DNA from: Vitrella brassicaformis CCMP3155
Taxonomy: Eukaryota; Protista; Chromerida
NCBI GenBank assembly: GCA_001179505.1
Contig: CDMY01000553.1
Span: 275,203-339,202, forward strand
Reading direction: 5' to 3'
DNA length: 64,000 bases
Of this stretch, positions 39,494-50,499 are shown in pieces. The notes below the pieces were generated by a model. It saw only the letters and a list, made by a program, of their open reading frames with translations. It was not told the origin of the DNA and did no database searches. Numbering within the stretch: the stretch's first letter is position 1; every line of letters starts with the position of its first letter. The position numbers and the translations under genes were made by a program.

Positions 39494-39975
39494 TTGATTG
39501 ATGTGCAAAGTGATCGATGCGGTCCGAAAAAGAGAGACACGAGTGGGTCTGCCCTCGAAATAAGTGACTTTCGAAATATGCAGCCAGCCATCTTCACTTG
39601 CCCCTGACCTGACCCACAAAGCACTAATGTCTAGGTAACTAAGGACACGATGCGCTCACCCCGCCCCGCCCGTGTACAGGAACAAGAACACACCCACACA
39701 CGCCGCTGGGCAGAGCAACAAAAAGCCGAGCAGGAGACAGCAGCGCAGCAGCCGAGAAACAGCATCAGACCATATACATACGTCAGGTAGACATGAGTCC
39801 GTTGAAGGCGGCTGCCGTCCGTCTGAGCGACTGCACCACCATGATGGCACACTCAGGGCCGTACTGACGGATCAGCCCCTCAGATAGCCACCCGACGCAT
39901 CCCTCTGGGTACTGGTCAGCGTGTTGGTGGTGCTGGTGGCTCCATGACGTGTGCCGCGGGTTGGCCGCCATCCCC

Positions 39976-42900
39976 TCACCCTTCCAAAACGACGTGCCGA
40001 TGCCGCGGCCGCAAAAAGCACTGAGTGAGGCAACAAGAGACAGACAATACGATGCATGTCAGGCTTTTGTATCCGTCGCTTGTGTCCGTGCGTACGCTCT
40101 GTCGAGTCGTCCTTCGCCCTGCATTACGCCGTTGACGAAAGCTGTCTCCTGACAGGACAACAGATAGAAAGGAGAGCAGCCAGATGGGCAAGGACCATGT
40201 CGGCCGCCGGTAGTCGATGTCTCTGGTACTTTTTGTCTGAGGTCCATGCCGTCGACTGTGAAGCCAGCCGGCACCAGCCAATTCAGCAACATGCGGCCTG
40301 GAGGGAAGGAGCCAGGTGATGGATGCGCTTTGTAGGTCGCGTGCCTACGAGGGCTGTCTTACCGGGGAGTTTGTTTGGCGCCTCCTCGTCTTCCTCAAAG
40401 CCCTTGTCGGCTGGGCAAGGCACAGGATCCTCTGACCCAAAAGGAAGAAACAAGTCATGGGAGTGTTGCGCGCAATATGGATGCTGTCCTTTGCCCACTG
40501 TCTTCTCTTTGTCCATCCGACGTGTCTGCACTCTTCTTCTGCAGGGGAGGAACAGACACGACGCCGTAAATCATCAACCAACATGTGTGTCTCCATCCGT
40601 ATATTCAGCGGCTGACCCTTTGCCTCTTGGCCTTGGCCTTGTTGGTCTGCAGTTCCACTTTCCTGCCCTCGAGCACATAGCTCTTGAGCTCGGCCTGCCG
40701 TGAGTGGTGCACTGCCACACTGTTGAGGATTACCAAGGCGTTCCGGTAGTTCAGACTCGTCGCTGCAAGACACCCCATCGTGGACATGAAACGGCAGACA
40801 CCTCCTCTCTCAACAGCGTGCCTACATGGGCTGGACAGGCATGTGACGGCAATGATTGTGAGGTCGTTCATGCCGCTCTTGCACTGGATGAGGGCGGCCA
40901 GCAGTGACCGCCAGGGAGAGGGCGTGACGATACCCGGCTTGTGAGGCACCGGCGTGTCACACAGATGCTGCAGGTCAACGACACAGACAGATGCAAATAC
41001 TCTGGACGGGGAATGATTCATGCACGATGCTTACCCCTGCAGGGACCACGTCTCTGTCCCCATAGCACCAATACTTGAGCAGCACTCTCTCGTCCTCATC
41101 CGACAAAGTGCCTTCTTCTGCCTTTTCCTCCCCTGTCTCCCCCACGTCGTACACCACCCCTTGCTTCAGCAGCGAATACCCCAGCAGACGAGTCGAGTAG
41201 TTGCAGACCTGCTGCTGCGGCCCCTCCCGAGGCGCTAGAGGTGACCCGGTCACACTGCCAGGACCCCCCTCGCTGCCACAGTCGGCTCGACGGTGCGCAG
41301 TGCTCTTGATCGGGCTGCCTCCGACCTTGCCAAAGACGGTCTCGCGCATTGGTCTGCCGGTGGATGGGGGGACGTTGACGTCTGACGACTGTGTGGGCTG
41401 GGTTGAGCGCTTGGTTGCTCCTGGAGAGGGGTACGGGCTGTCCTTGTCTTCGCTGCTTTGGGTGGGCGGTGCGCTTATGTTGGAGTACCACCAGTCTTCC
41501 TGAGGGCGCGGCGCACAGGAATACGTGTGCAAGAGGATAAGCGATGGTGTCTGTGTCTCCCTACACACCAGTCTTGAGTAGAGGGCTGCTCCTTTTTGCG
41601 CTTTCTGCCTGTTCTCTTCTTCCCTTCGTGCCTTTTCCTGAAAGATATCTCATTATATAGGACAAGGCATTCTTGCACATGAAAATCGCCTTACCTCTGG
41701 GTCCTCCGCTTTGGGCGCAGGCGCCCTTCCCGCGTATGTTCCAGTCAGAGGCGCCCTCTTCGACCCGCTCTGACCGAATGGAGGCGCTCTTCCCCCCGTG
41801 GCATCGCTTTCCGTCCTGGTCAGGCCGAGCGGCATCAGTGCGTCAGCCATGTTGGTCCTGTTCTTTGTCATATTGAGCTCGCCCCCTGTCTGTCTGTTCG
41901 CCTTGGAGTCTGCCGCCGCTGGGGCGATGGGAGTGGAGGTCCTATTGCCGGGAGGAGGGTCTGTACCAAGGGACACAAACAGTGTCGATTCGAGAAGGCA
42001 TGAAGTGGGTCCGCTCACCGAGCGGTCGGAGTGCTTCAGCGGACCCTTTCCCCTTGCCGCCTCGACGCGCATCTTCCGTTTCCGCCTCAGCTTTCTCCGG
42101 CCTCAGCTCTCTCTTCACCATCTCAGTCGCCCCGACTGCGCTGCGGTATCGCACGTCTCCGCCGACCGATCGGCCTTTGGCACGGTTTTCGGGCGCTCTG
42201 CTGCTCTGATCGTCGCCTTTGGTTACCTCCTGTGCGAATGTCCGAATGAATCCCTGCAAGGAACAGACGGTGTCGCTGCAGAGACTGTGTCTCTGTTGGT
42301 TGGTGCTGACCCTTTGAGTGAGCTCCACACTTTCGAGGAACTTGAGTGTGAAGGGAATGATCCAGATGAGGACGATAGCGGTGAGGATACTGACGATGCA
42401 CGTGATGCACTTCATGACGGTCAACACCATCTGCGTCGACGCCTGCATATTCACCACCAGAGACATGTACGTCAAGGGTAGGTATGGCGGGCAGCAGAGG
42501 AGAGCTCACCAGCCAAGCCTCTTGGAAGGACGACAGAAGATGCGTCATGCCGCAGAAGAAGATGAAAGCCTGCAAAACATGCACACGGAGACAAGATGGG
42601 AAAAAAGGACTCTGAGACGTGAAATGGATGGATGCGTCTCACGATAAACAGCGATCCGACACACAGGAGCTCCAGCGACTGTCTGGCAGTGAAGTCAGCG
42701 CTGCCAAGCTGACGGCTCATGGGGAAGAAATCTGCAAACGAGACGACAGGCGATCTGTGAGGTGCGAATCAGAGATGAAGAGGTCCACTCACCGACTCGC
42801 AGCTTTGACTTGGTGAGAAAGAGAAACAGTTGCAGCGGGATCGAGACATAAGAAATGGCAATCAATACGTCAAACAGGGAGTCCAACAGACGCTGAACAA

Positions 42901-43353
42901 GACACAAACACAGCAAACAAATGTTGAATTCAAGCACATGCAGCCATCACAGTCACTCATCTTGACCTGCGTTGAGGACGAGTGTGTGAGGAGGTATTGG
43001 TGCCCTCCGTCGGTCTGCACGATAAATGCCTGGGTTCCCTTGAGCACCATGTGCACTCCCACCTTCTGCCCCCCCTCATCGGTGAACCGGCACGTCACAT
43101 GCTCCCCTTCCCGCCCACCCCCCAAGTGACTGTCCCGATGAAGCCGTCTCTCGCTCGTTCCGTTGGCTGCAGGGCCCCGCTTATGCGGCGGCGGCGGCCG
43201 TTCCCTCTTCGATGGCCACCACAGCTTGTGCAGGTGGTGAGGGGCGGGTGTGTTCTTGCGCAGGTTGTTGTTCACGGCGGGTGAGAATGCAGGCAAGGAG
43301 GCGAGCAGAAGGATGGCTGCCAACCACCACCGCATGAAAGCTGATGGGCGCAT
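39976..43353 (-). CDS. Ethylene-receptor-like membrane protein: signal peptide, N-terminal extension, ETR1-type three-TM ethylene-binding domain, and long cytoplasmic tail without recognisable kinase
   Basis: Phase-checked exons: 42892-42793 RLLDSLFDVLIAISYVSIPLQLFLFLTKSK; 42731-42643 ..LELLCVGSLFI; 42569-42510 AFIFFCGMTHLLSSFQEAWL; 42442-42311 ASTQMVLTVMKCITCIVSILTAIVLIWIIPFTLKF. These match ETR1 TM1-3. The 3' end is uncertain (40455 or ~39976 depending on splicing). Confidence 0.85.
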
Positions 43354-43463
43354 GTTGTGAATGGAAGATAAAACAGGACGTTGAGCCCTCTTCGAGATCA
43401 ATTCGCACTTTTTTCCCTCCTCGAGATCCCATCCTTAAGCTCGCAATCGCGATCCAATCCCAA

Positions 43464-45351
43464 ATGGCGTCTGCTGGCGGTGGAGCGGCGCTTCGGAGGA
43501 GAAGGAAGAAGGTGCTGATATGTGTGTCGACCTTCGACGAACATATGGACTTCGCGCCATCCATGACGCAATCTTCGCCGCCAGATGCGCCAGCAGGCAC
43601 GGCTGACCACCCTGCGCCTCTTGCACAGGCGGCTCTCCCATCAACAAGCTGTGCAGATCAGCCCCTTCCCTCACATGCTGCCCCGGTGCCTGCGGCCGGT
43701 CAGCAGCAGCTAGAGATAGAGGAGGGAAGCAGCGATATCATGAACGTAAGCAAACAACAGCATGGCAAACACACAAACCACGGGTGTTTTGTGTTTCAGT
43801 ATCGCAAACGGCAGCGTAAGCGTTGGGAAGCCCAGCAGCAGCTGCAACAGGAGGCAAGTGCAGCAGCAGCTGGGGATGAGGGAGAGGAGGCGCGCAAGAC
43901 GTCCCGGACGTCGCTGACATCTTCGCCTGCAGCACGGCCGGGGTGTGTCGTGTGCGCATCGTCTGTGGCAGCTGCTCCATCTGAAGCGAAAGCCTAGTTG
44001 CAGCTTCTGTCCTGGTATGTGTGCTGGTGTGTACGTGGAGGCAGGAAGAGAGCCGCCATAGCTACCTACAATGTGTTGTGCTTGTGACTGAATCAGGAAT
44101 GTGGACGGGTGCGACAAGAGGGATTTAGATGTGCGGCAGGCGGCCGTCTATGAGTGGATCAAGGAGAACAAGCCAGACATCGTCTTCCTCCAGGAGGTCG
44201 TCAACACAACGCTGGTCGGTAGACCTGTCACGATAACAACACAATACATGCGACAAGATACATGCGTGCCCATTCACAGTGCACTTGCGTTGTTCTGCAG
44301 ACCATCCTGCGCAAGCATCTGTCATACACATATGAGATAATCACACCCAAACACCAACTGTGAGCGACAGGATGGATGCTTACACACTCACCATTGCCTG
44401 TCTGTCTGACTGTCATTTGTTTGCTTGCGTCAGGTTCAGCGAACAGCCGCCTTGCAAGTCGTGTCCTCATGTTTGTGCCATCCTGCTGGCCAAACAGTCC
44501 ACGCGGCCGTGCAGCGAGCCGTCGACCTTGTGGTACCCCAACAGCAACATGCGGTGGGTGCCAACCGCCATCTCCCAGCGAACCGATGTTCGTTGGGTCA
44601 TTCTGCACGCACCTCACCTGCTGTGTCTTCCTGTCCTGTCATGCAGGCATTTGCTGAGCATCCGTGCTCGCCCTACAGCCGCCGCGGCAGCACATGCGGA
44701 GGTATCAGTCAGCCGGGCACATGTCTGGATGCCATGTCCGCGGTATCGCTTGATTGCCTGCTTCTCTCTTCAGTTGAAGCTGGCTACGAGCCACATGGAG
44801 AGCTTGAAGCACAGTAGCTATCAACGTGTAGACCAACTGCACAGGACCGTCGAACTCATGGACCGGTACGAAGCGCAGAGCAGCACACAGAAGTGTGCAT
44901 CAGATCTGGGCTGCATGCAGGTGTCGGGACGACACCGCCACGCCCAACGTGTGTACGGTCATCGTAGGAGGCGCCCTCAATCTGCGAGACTGGGAGGTGA
45001 ATTGTGCAGGTACTCTTTTCTGCCGTGGAGATACCAAATATCCCGTCATGTTTCCCTTTTTCTCGCCTCTGTATGTGTTTGTGTGCAGGCAGCATGCCCC
45101 CTCACATTCATGACGTGTGGGAGCTGCTGGGCAGGCCCGAGGGCTGTGGCGGCACGTGGAAACCTCACGGCGACAGCCACGTTTCCCGCCGGTTTGACAG
45201 GCTGCTGATCACACACCGGAGCCAGGCAGCACCTGCCTGCCGGTGGCAGCCCGTGTCGATGGAGCTGGTGGGCAGTGGCCGCTTGCTGTACGGCAGTGGC
45301 CCCTTCATCTCGGATCACTGCGGGGTGCTGGTGCAGCTGCAGCTCAGCTGA
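43464..45351 (+). CDS. TDP2: TDP2-like tyrosyl-DNA phosphodiesterase (EEP family), possibly inactive
   Basis: LLSW|NVDG, PDIVFLQEV, ATSHMES..QRVDQL, TVIVGGALNLRDWE, DVWELLGRPE..TW, RFDRLL and ISDHCG align along the human TDP2 catalytic domain. Confidence 0.8.
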
Positions 45352-46271
45352 GGGGAGCGGGAGCAGAGTAGAGAGGTGGACAGTCGAGCCAAGGCAGGCC
45401 AGCCATGGGTGTTTTTTCTTCTATGCTGATACATACACTGTGGTGCGTGCCTGGCGCTCTTCGCTTTCTCTCCCTCCTCTCTTCGTTTCTTTGGATTCCG
45501 TATTAATATTGTGTGCATGTATTTTGTGTATATCTTCAGTTTGTCACTTGCGCTTAATTGTGTATACAAACAAACATGGGTGTATGCGAAGCGAATCAAT
45601 CTGTCTGTCTGTGTATTATTATCGGTTTCTCCCTCTTTTCTCCCACTGCATGCGCGCGTGGGACCGGACCAATGCATGAATGTTCCACTGACGGCTACGG
45701 ATCACTGCATATGGCCATGCCGCTGCGGATGAGTGCATCCATTCACGCACATCGAATGCGGTTCGTCCAGCCACTCTGTCTTTCGGCTCACACATGAATC
45801 CATCCCCGCCCGCACACCTTTCCGCCCCATGTACAGACATGCGGTGATCCATCCCCATCCATCACGCCCGTCGTCCATCGATCACATGGATGCACCGCCA
45901 GTGCATGTGCGCGCCATGCACGCACCACACCGACGAGCACACCACAAAAGGCGAAACGCACAGACCTGCATGAATGTGAGATGAGAGACAAGGCGCAACT
46001 AGTTAGCTATGAGACACAACTGTAGCTATACGCAAGGAAGGCAAGACAGGGACGTGGATGCACACAGAGACAGAGAGAGAGAGGGAGAGCGAGAGAGGAA
46101 CCTTGGTGTGGCGTTTGTTCTGAGAGCCCCAGACACGTCAACGAACAATACGATACAGCACCACATACAGCAATGAGGCCTCGCTCAACCACCACACCAC
46201 CACCACAAGACAAGGCAAGACCTCCCTCCTTTTCCCCCCGATGCCCAATCCCGCCCTCAGACGTCTGTCTG

Positions 46272-46422
46272 TCAGCCAAGAGAAAAGGCGTGGCGCATGT
46301 AGGGAACGAGCAGGTTGATCACGGTCTGCATGGTGTCGTCGTTCATCGGAAGGTCGGTCGCCAGGAGGAGAGCGCTGCGGGCAATGACAGACAACGTCAC
46401 ACCGTAGCTGCATTCATACACA

Positions 46423-46460
<38 letters not shown>

Positions 46461-46630
46461 CTCTCAGAGAGTGAGAGGTACGCGCCTCCCTCCCTCACTC
46501 CCTCCCTCCCCCCCTCCCTCACCGTGTGGTTTTGGTGTTGTGCCGCGTCGGTCACCGTGCCCGACATGCCGTTGTACTCAGGCGTACTCAGACCGGACAC
46601 CCACACCTTGTCGCTGCCCCTCAGACCTGC
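46272..46630 (-). pseudogene. Frameshifted two-exon gene fragment
   Basis: KVWVSGLSTPEYNGMSGTV continues, after a 1-nt frameshift, as NTKTTR|YGVTLSVIARSALL..AFSLG*. It lies immediately downstream of the inverted copy of the oxygenase exon junction. Confidence 0.35.
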
Positions 46631-46699
46631 GCCCACGCGAAACACGTCAATCATCCACCAGCAGAGTTGTTGTCCCAAAACCCGTTGTGTGTAGTTTCC

Positions 46700-47551
46700 A
46701 TGCCCTTGCCCACGGGAGAATGAGATAAATGGTCTTCATACAGCGCCTTCAGTGCAGACGTCTGCATGCAAGGAAACACACAGACACGCAGCAATGCACA
46801 CGAGATTTGTATGTGTTGCCTATCATGCCGACCGGGGAAAGGGCTAAATAAGGACTTCTCGGCTCTCGGCAGCCGCCATCGCGAGATCTGATATCGATAT
46901 GCGCTGTCTCACACAATAGCGCCCAGAAATCGCCCCCCTTTTCCCTCTCCTATTGCGAGCTAAGCTCGCGATCGGCGGCTCTTCTTAACGAAGCGTCCAC
47001 GTCTATCCCCCGTCGGGGTGTCCTGTGGATGCGCTCATCTTACCGTCTCGCGATGATGAGTCAGATCTTCGTTATCTTCATCCTGACTTCGCTTCGTCTT
47101 GCCGTCGACACCAACGGCGCATTCATCCCCTCATCCCACTGGCTGTCGCACAAGCTCCCTCAGCATCAAGGCTTCCCCTCACCGAAGCAGGGAGTCTCGC
47201 GCGTGAGGCCTCGCCTCAAATCTGGTCTGGCAATGAGGCAGCTGACGAAGGAGGAGGCGTGGACGGCTGTTGGCGACGCTGTGAGGTATCTGAAGGAGCA
47301 TGAGAGCCCCAAGCCATTCATCTCGGGCATCCTGGACTTCCTGCCGTCCATCCACGGGCCCTCATGGACGCTCGAACCCAACTGTGACTCGATGACAGAC
47401 GCCCCTTTCTCGGTCGGCATGATAGGCAACACACACAGCATCTCGTGTGTGCATTGCTGCGTGTCTGTGCGTTTGCTTGCATGCAGACGTCTGCACTGAA
47501 GGCGCTGTATGAAGACCATTTATCTCAGTCTCCCGTGGGCAAGGGCATGGA
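46700..47551. repeat. ~150 bp inverted repeat (arms 46700-46844 and 47401-47551)
   Basis: The reverse complement of the left arm, gccctttccccggtcggcatgataggcaacac..cagacgtctgcactgaaggcgctgtatgaagaccatttatctcattctcccgtgggcaagggcatgg, matches the oxygenase exon1-intron-exon2 junction with few mismatches. Confidence 0.9.
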
Positions 47552-48883
47552 CACGGTGATGGACCTCGAGGCACGCAAGTCACGAGAGGTGGCGGGGGGA
47601 CTCGTGTCGCTCAAGAGCCTGGCTGGCAACTGGACCAGGGTGATCGAGGGCATCTGCCGACAAGTGGAGGAACAGATGTCGCCCACCAGCCGTGTGCAAG
47701 CGGATTGGTACAAGATGTTGCTCTATGGCGAGGGAGACTTCTTCGAAGTGCACAAGGACACGCAGCGCCCGAACGACCACTTCGCCTCGCTCCTCGTCTT
47801 CCTGCCCACCGAGTATACTGGAGGTGACTTTCTGCTGCACGACGATGGGGACTTCGATGGCGACAGATTCAACAAGGAGACGCAAGACGCCCTGGGGCAC
47901 CAGCAAGTTCGATGGATCGCTTTCTACTCCGACATTGTCCACAGCGTCAAGCCGGTTGTGTCGGGATATCGCCTTGCGCTCGCCTACAACCTGCGCCGTC
48001 ACGAGACTGGGGAGAGGTTCAAGAAGGACGGCCTGCTGGCGCCCCCATTGCAGCGGCTGGTGGATGGCATGAAAGAACACTTCAACTCTCCCCAGGTACA
48101 TAGAGACGGACGGTCGATCGTCCGTCTACACATTGCGATTGTGTATGTGTCTCTTCTCTCAAGGCCAACGAGTCGTGGGTGTTTCAGCTGCAGCACGAGT
48201 ACACTCTATCGAGCATGACGCCAGCTCACCTCAAAGGCATCGACAGCGCCCTCTACCAGCTGCTCTCCACACACTTCGACTGCGACATCCGCCTATTGTG
48301 CGCATACCAGTGGTTCGACGACGACCCCAAAATGAACCTCGTTGATGAGAAATATGCAGGAGAGATGAAGAAGATCGCAGCATTTTACGAAACGGGACCA
48401 GGCCGCAAGTGGCTCGGCTGGCGGCATAAGCCGAAGGAGGAGAGGGCAAAGGAACGAGAAGAGAAGGAGCGAATGGAGAGCGAGCTGGCTAAGAACTTAC
48501 CGGCTCTCTCCTATCAATTAGGAGGAGACGATGACCTCGAGGCACTGGGGCGTTTGCTGCTTGACCCTCGCTCCCTGGAGGTGTGGGACACAGCGAGATC
48601 GGATTGTTGGTTTGACGATGTCTACAGTCCGCTGCAACTCATGAATTACCTGAACTGGGGCCCCGAACGAAGCCATGTGTATCAGCTCCGCCCTGCAGGG
48701 GAATGCAGGATCCCTGGCACTCGTTCGGCACTCGGCTACAACCTAGTAACCAGACGGCTGATTACCAAATACGCAGGGAACGAGGGCACTGCTGATTTTG
48801 AGTTCCAGTACATCACAGTGGCACTTGTTGCCAAGGGAGTCATTGACGATGACAAGAAAGAGGCGCAAGCCTTGCGAGATTGA
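47053..48883 (+). CDS. 2OG-Fe(II) dioxygenase (prolyl-hydroxylase-like) with bipartite-looking N-terminal leader
   Basis: YKMLLYGEGDFFEVHKDT (HxD), FASLLVFLPTEYTGG, AFYSDIVHSVKPVVSGYRLALAYNL (distal His and Arg), LKGID and YAGNE. Three exons. Confidence 0.85.
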
Positions 48884-50499
48884 TGTGTATGTTAACATTT
48901 AAGGGTTTGTGAGAGATGCAGACCACAACGCGACGTGACGTGACGTGAATGGCACCAGCTGCGAATGCATAGTTGACATGTGTCCTTGTGCATATTAAGT
49001 CATGGGTTTTGATTGATTCACGTCAGGTGGAGCGTCTTGATACCTGTCTGATGGCTCACACACACATGCATTCATCCCATTGTACGCACATGCAAAGAGG
49101 AGGGCCTCGATGTGTTCTCAACACATGCACGCACCCGATCCTCAGAGTAACAAATACATTTCGAGGCGATCGCGTCAGGAAAAGCGACCCATAATTCTGC
49201 CTCGCGTCATGTCATAGCACGAAATGTCGTCAAAAAGGGGGGCCCCAATCACCACGAAAAGGCAAAACATGCATGGGAGCCTGGGGTACGTGTGTACGTA
49301 CTTTGTAGACAGGTGGGAGGAGAGAGAAGGCCCAGCAAGATGGCTACGTATCGCACACAACTATGCAGTCACTTCGATTGATTCAGGGAAAGGGAGGGAG
49401 AAAGAAAGATATATATATAGAGAGAGGGGACCCTAGCGTTGTGTGTGCGCTAGGCTGAATGCAGGCATTGGTTTTCCGATAGCCAGCCTCACGACAAGCT
49501 ACAATACAACACAGCAGAGCACGCCACACGGCTGTCCAGCCTCGTCCAAAAAAGAAAAAAGGGCGTCTCGTCTTGTCTCGTCCATTACATCCACCGCGGC
49601 GAAGACAAAAGGACGAATCGTATGGATGAATACTATGATGCAGTAGTAGGGCAAGGTAAGGCGAGACCCGCTTAGCGTTTTGTTTGTATTCTCTCACTCC
49701 TCCCCGCCGTGCGTATACAACCCAGGAAGAAACAAGACAGATACAGAAAGCCGGATATATCAAAAACACAGCATAGCCTGCGCGCATACAAATTCATTAC
49801 GTCACGCATTCCGAGGCGGTCGAAACGGTAGCGGTTGCCGTAAGGAAAAGCGCCCTACGATCAGCCTCGCGTCAAGACAGATGAAAAAAAGGGGCCATCT
49901 GTCAGTCGGTCCGTCCGTCCGTCTGTCTGTGTCTGTCTGTCTGTCTGCTGTAATGTGTGGATGTGTATGGGCAACGAGTGTGAAACACACACCGCCGTGT
50001 CTGGGTGAATGTGTGTGTGGAGCAAGCAATGGGTCACAGATGGATGGATGAATGGACACACACCGGGTGTGGTGCATCGGTCGGCCTGTCTGTGTGCACA
50101 TACACAGAGAGAGAGAGACAGATGTCAGCCGTCAGCCACCATGTGCAGCAAACACCAAGAAAACCACCGACCGTCCGGCCGATCGGTGTAGTCAGTCAGT
50201 CAGTCAGTCAGATGGGGAGAGAGAGGCAAAACAGACAGACAGACACGGCAGCCAGACAATGATAAATGTATGCATATGTATAGTGACGTGTCCATCAGGC
50301 AGATCGACAGAGACCGACCGATCGGAAAACCCCACGCGCACCATTGCAGCCGTCTATGTGACCGGCAGTGCCCCTCACACTGTCACCAACACCACCGCCC
50401 AGCCTGACACACACATGGAAAGACAGACAGCATTGTGTACGTCGTGAGCGCATCTTCTGCTCGTGTCAGTCGTGTTTGATGCACACATACCTCAGCTGT

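Noticed and set aside
41638-41678. ECLVLYNE resembles ETR1 GAF EECALW
   Set aside because: The phase-consistent model places it in an intron (41694-41638).
42925-42960. MSDCDGCMC resembles the Cys-containing N-terminus of ETR1 (MEVCNC)
   Set aside because: It lies inside the predicted 74-nt intron and is out of frame with TM1, with stops in both relevant frames.
47053-48883. Idea that the 2OG-Fe(II) oxygenase near the ethylene-receptor-like gene is an ethylene-forming enzyme or ACC oxidase
   Set aside because: Its motifs (HKDT, YRLALAYNL, LKGID, YAGNE) fit a prolyl-hydroxylase-like family, not the EFE/ACO type with DIOX_N and RxS. Proximity alone is not evidence.
48900-50450. 1.5-kb stretch with several short ORFs
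   Set aside because: No splice-consistent coding chain or motif; it looks like convergent 3' UTR/intergenic sequence.
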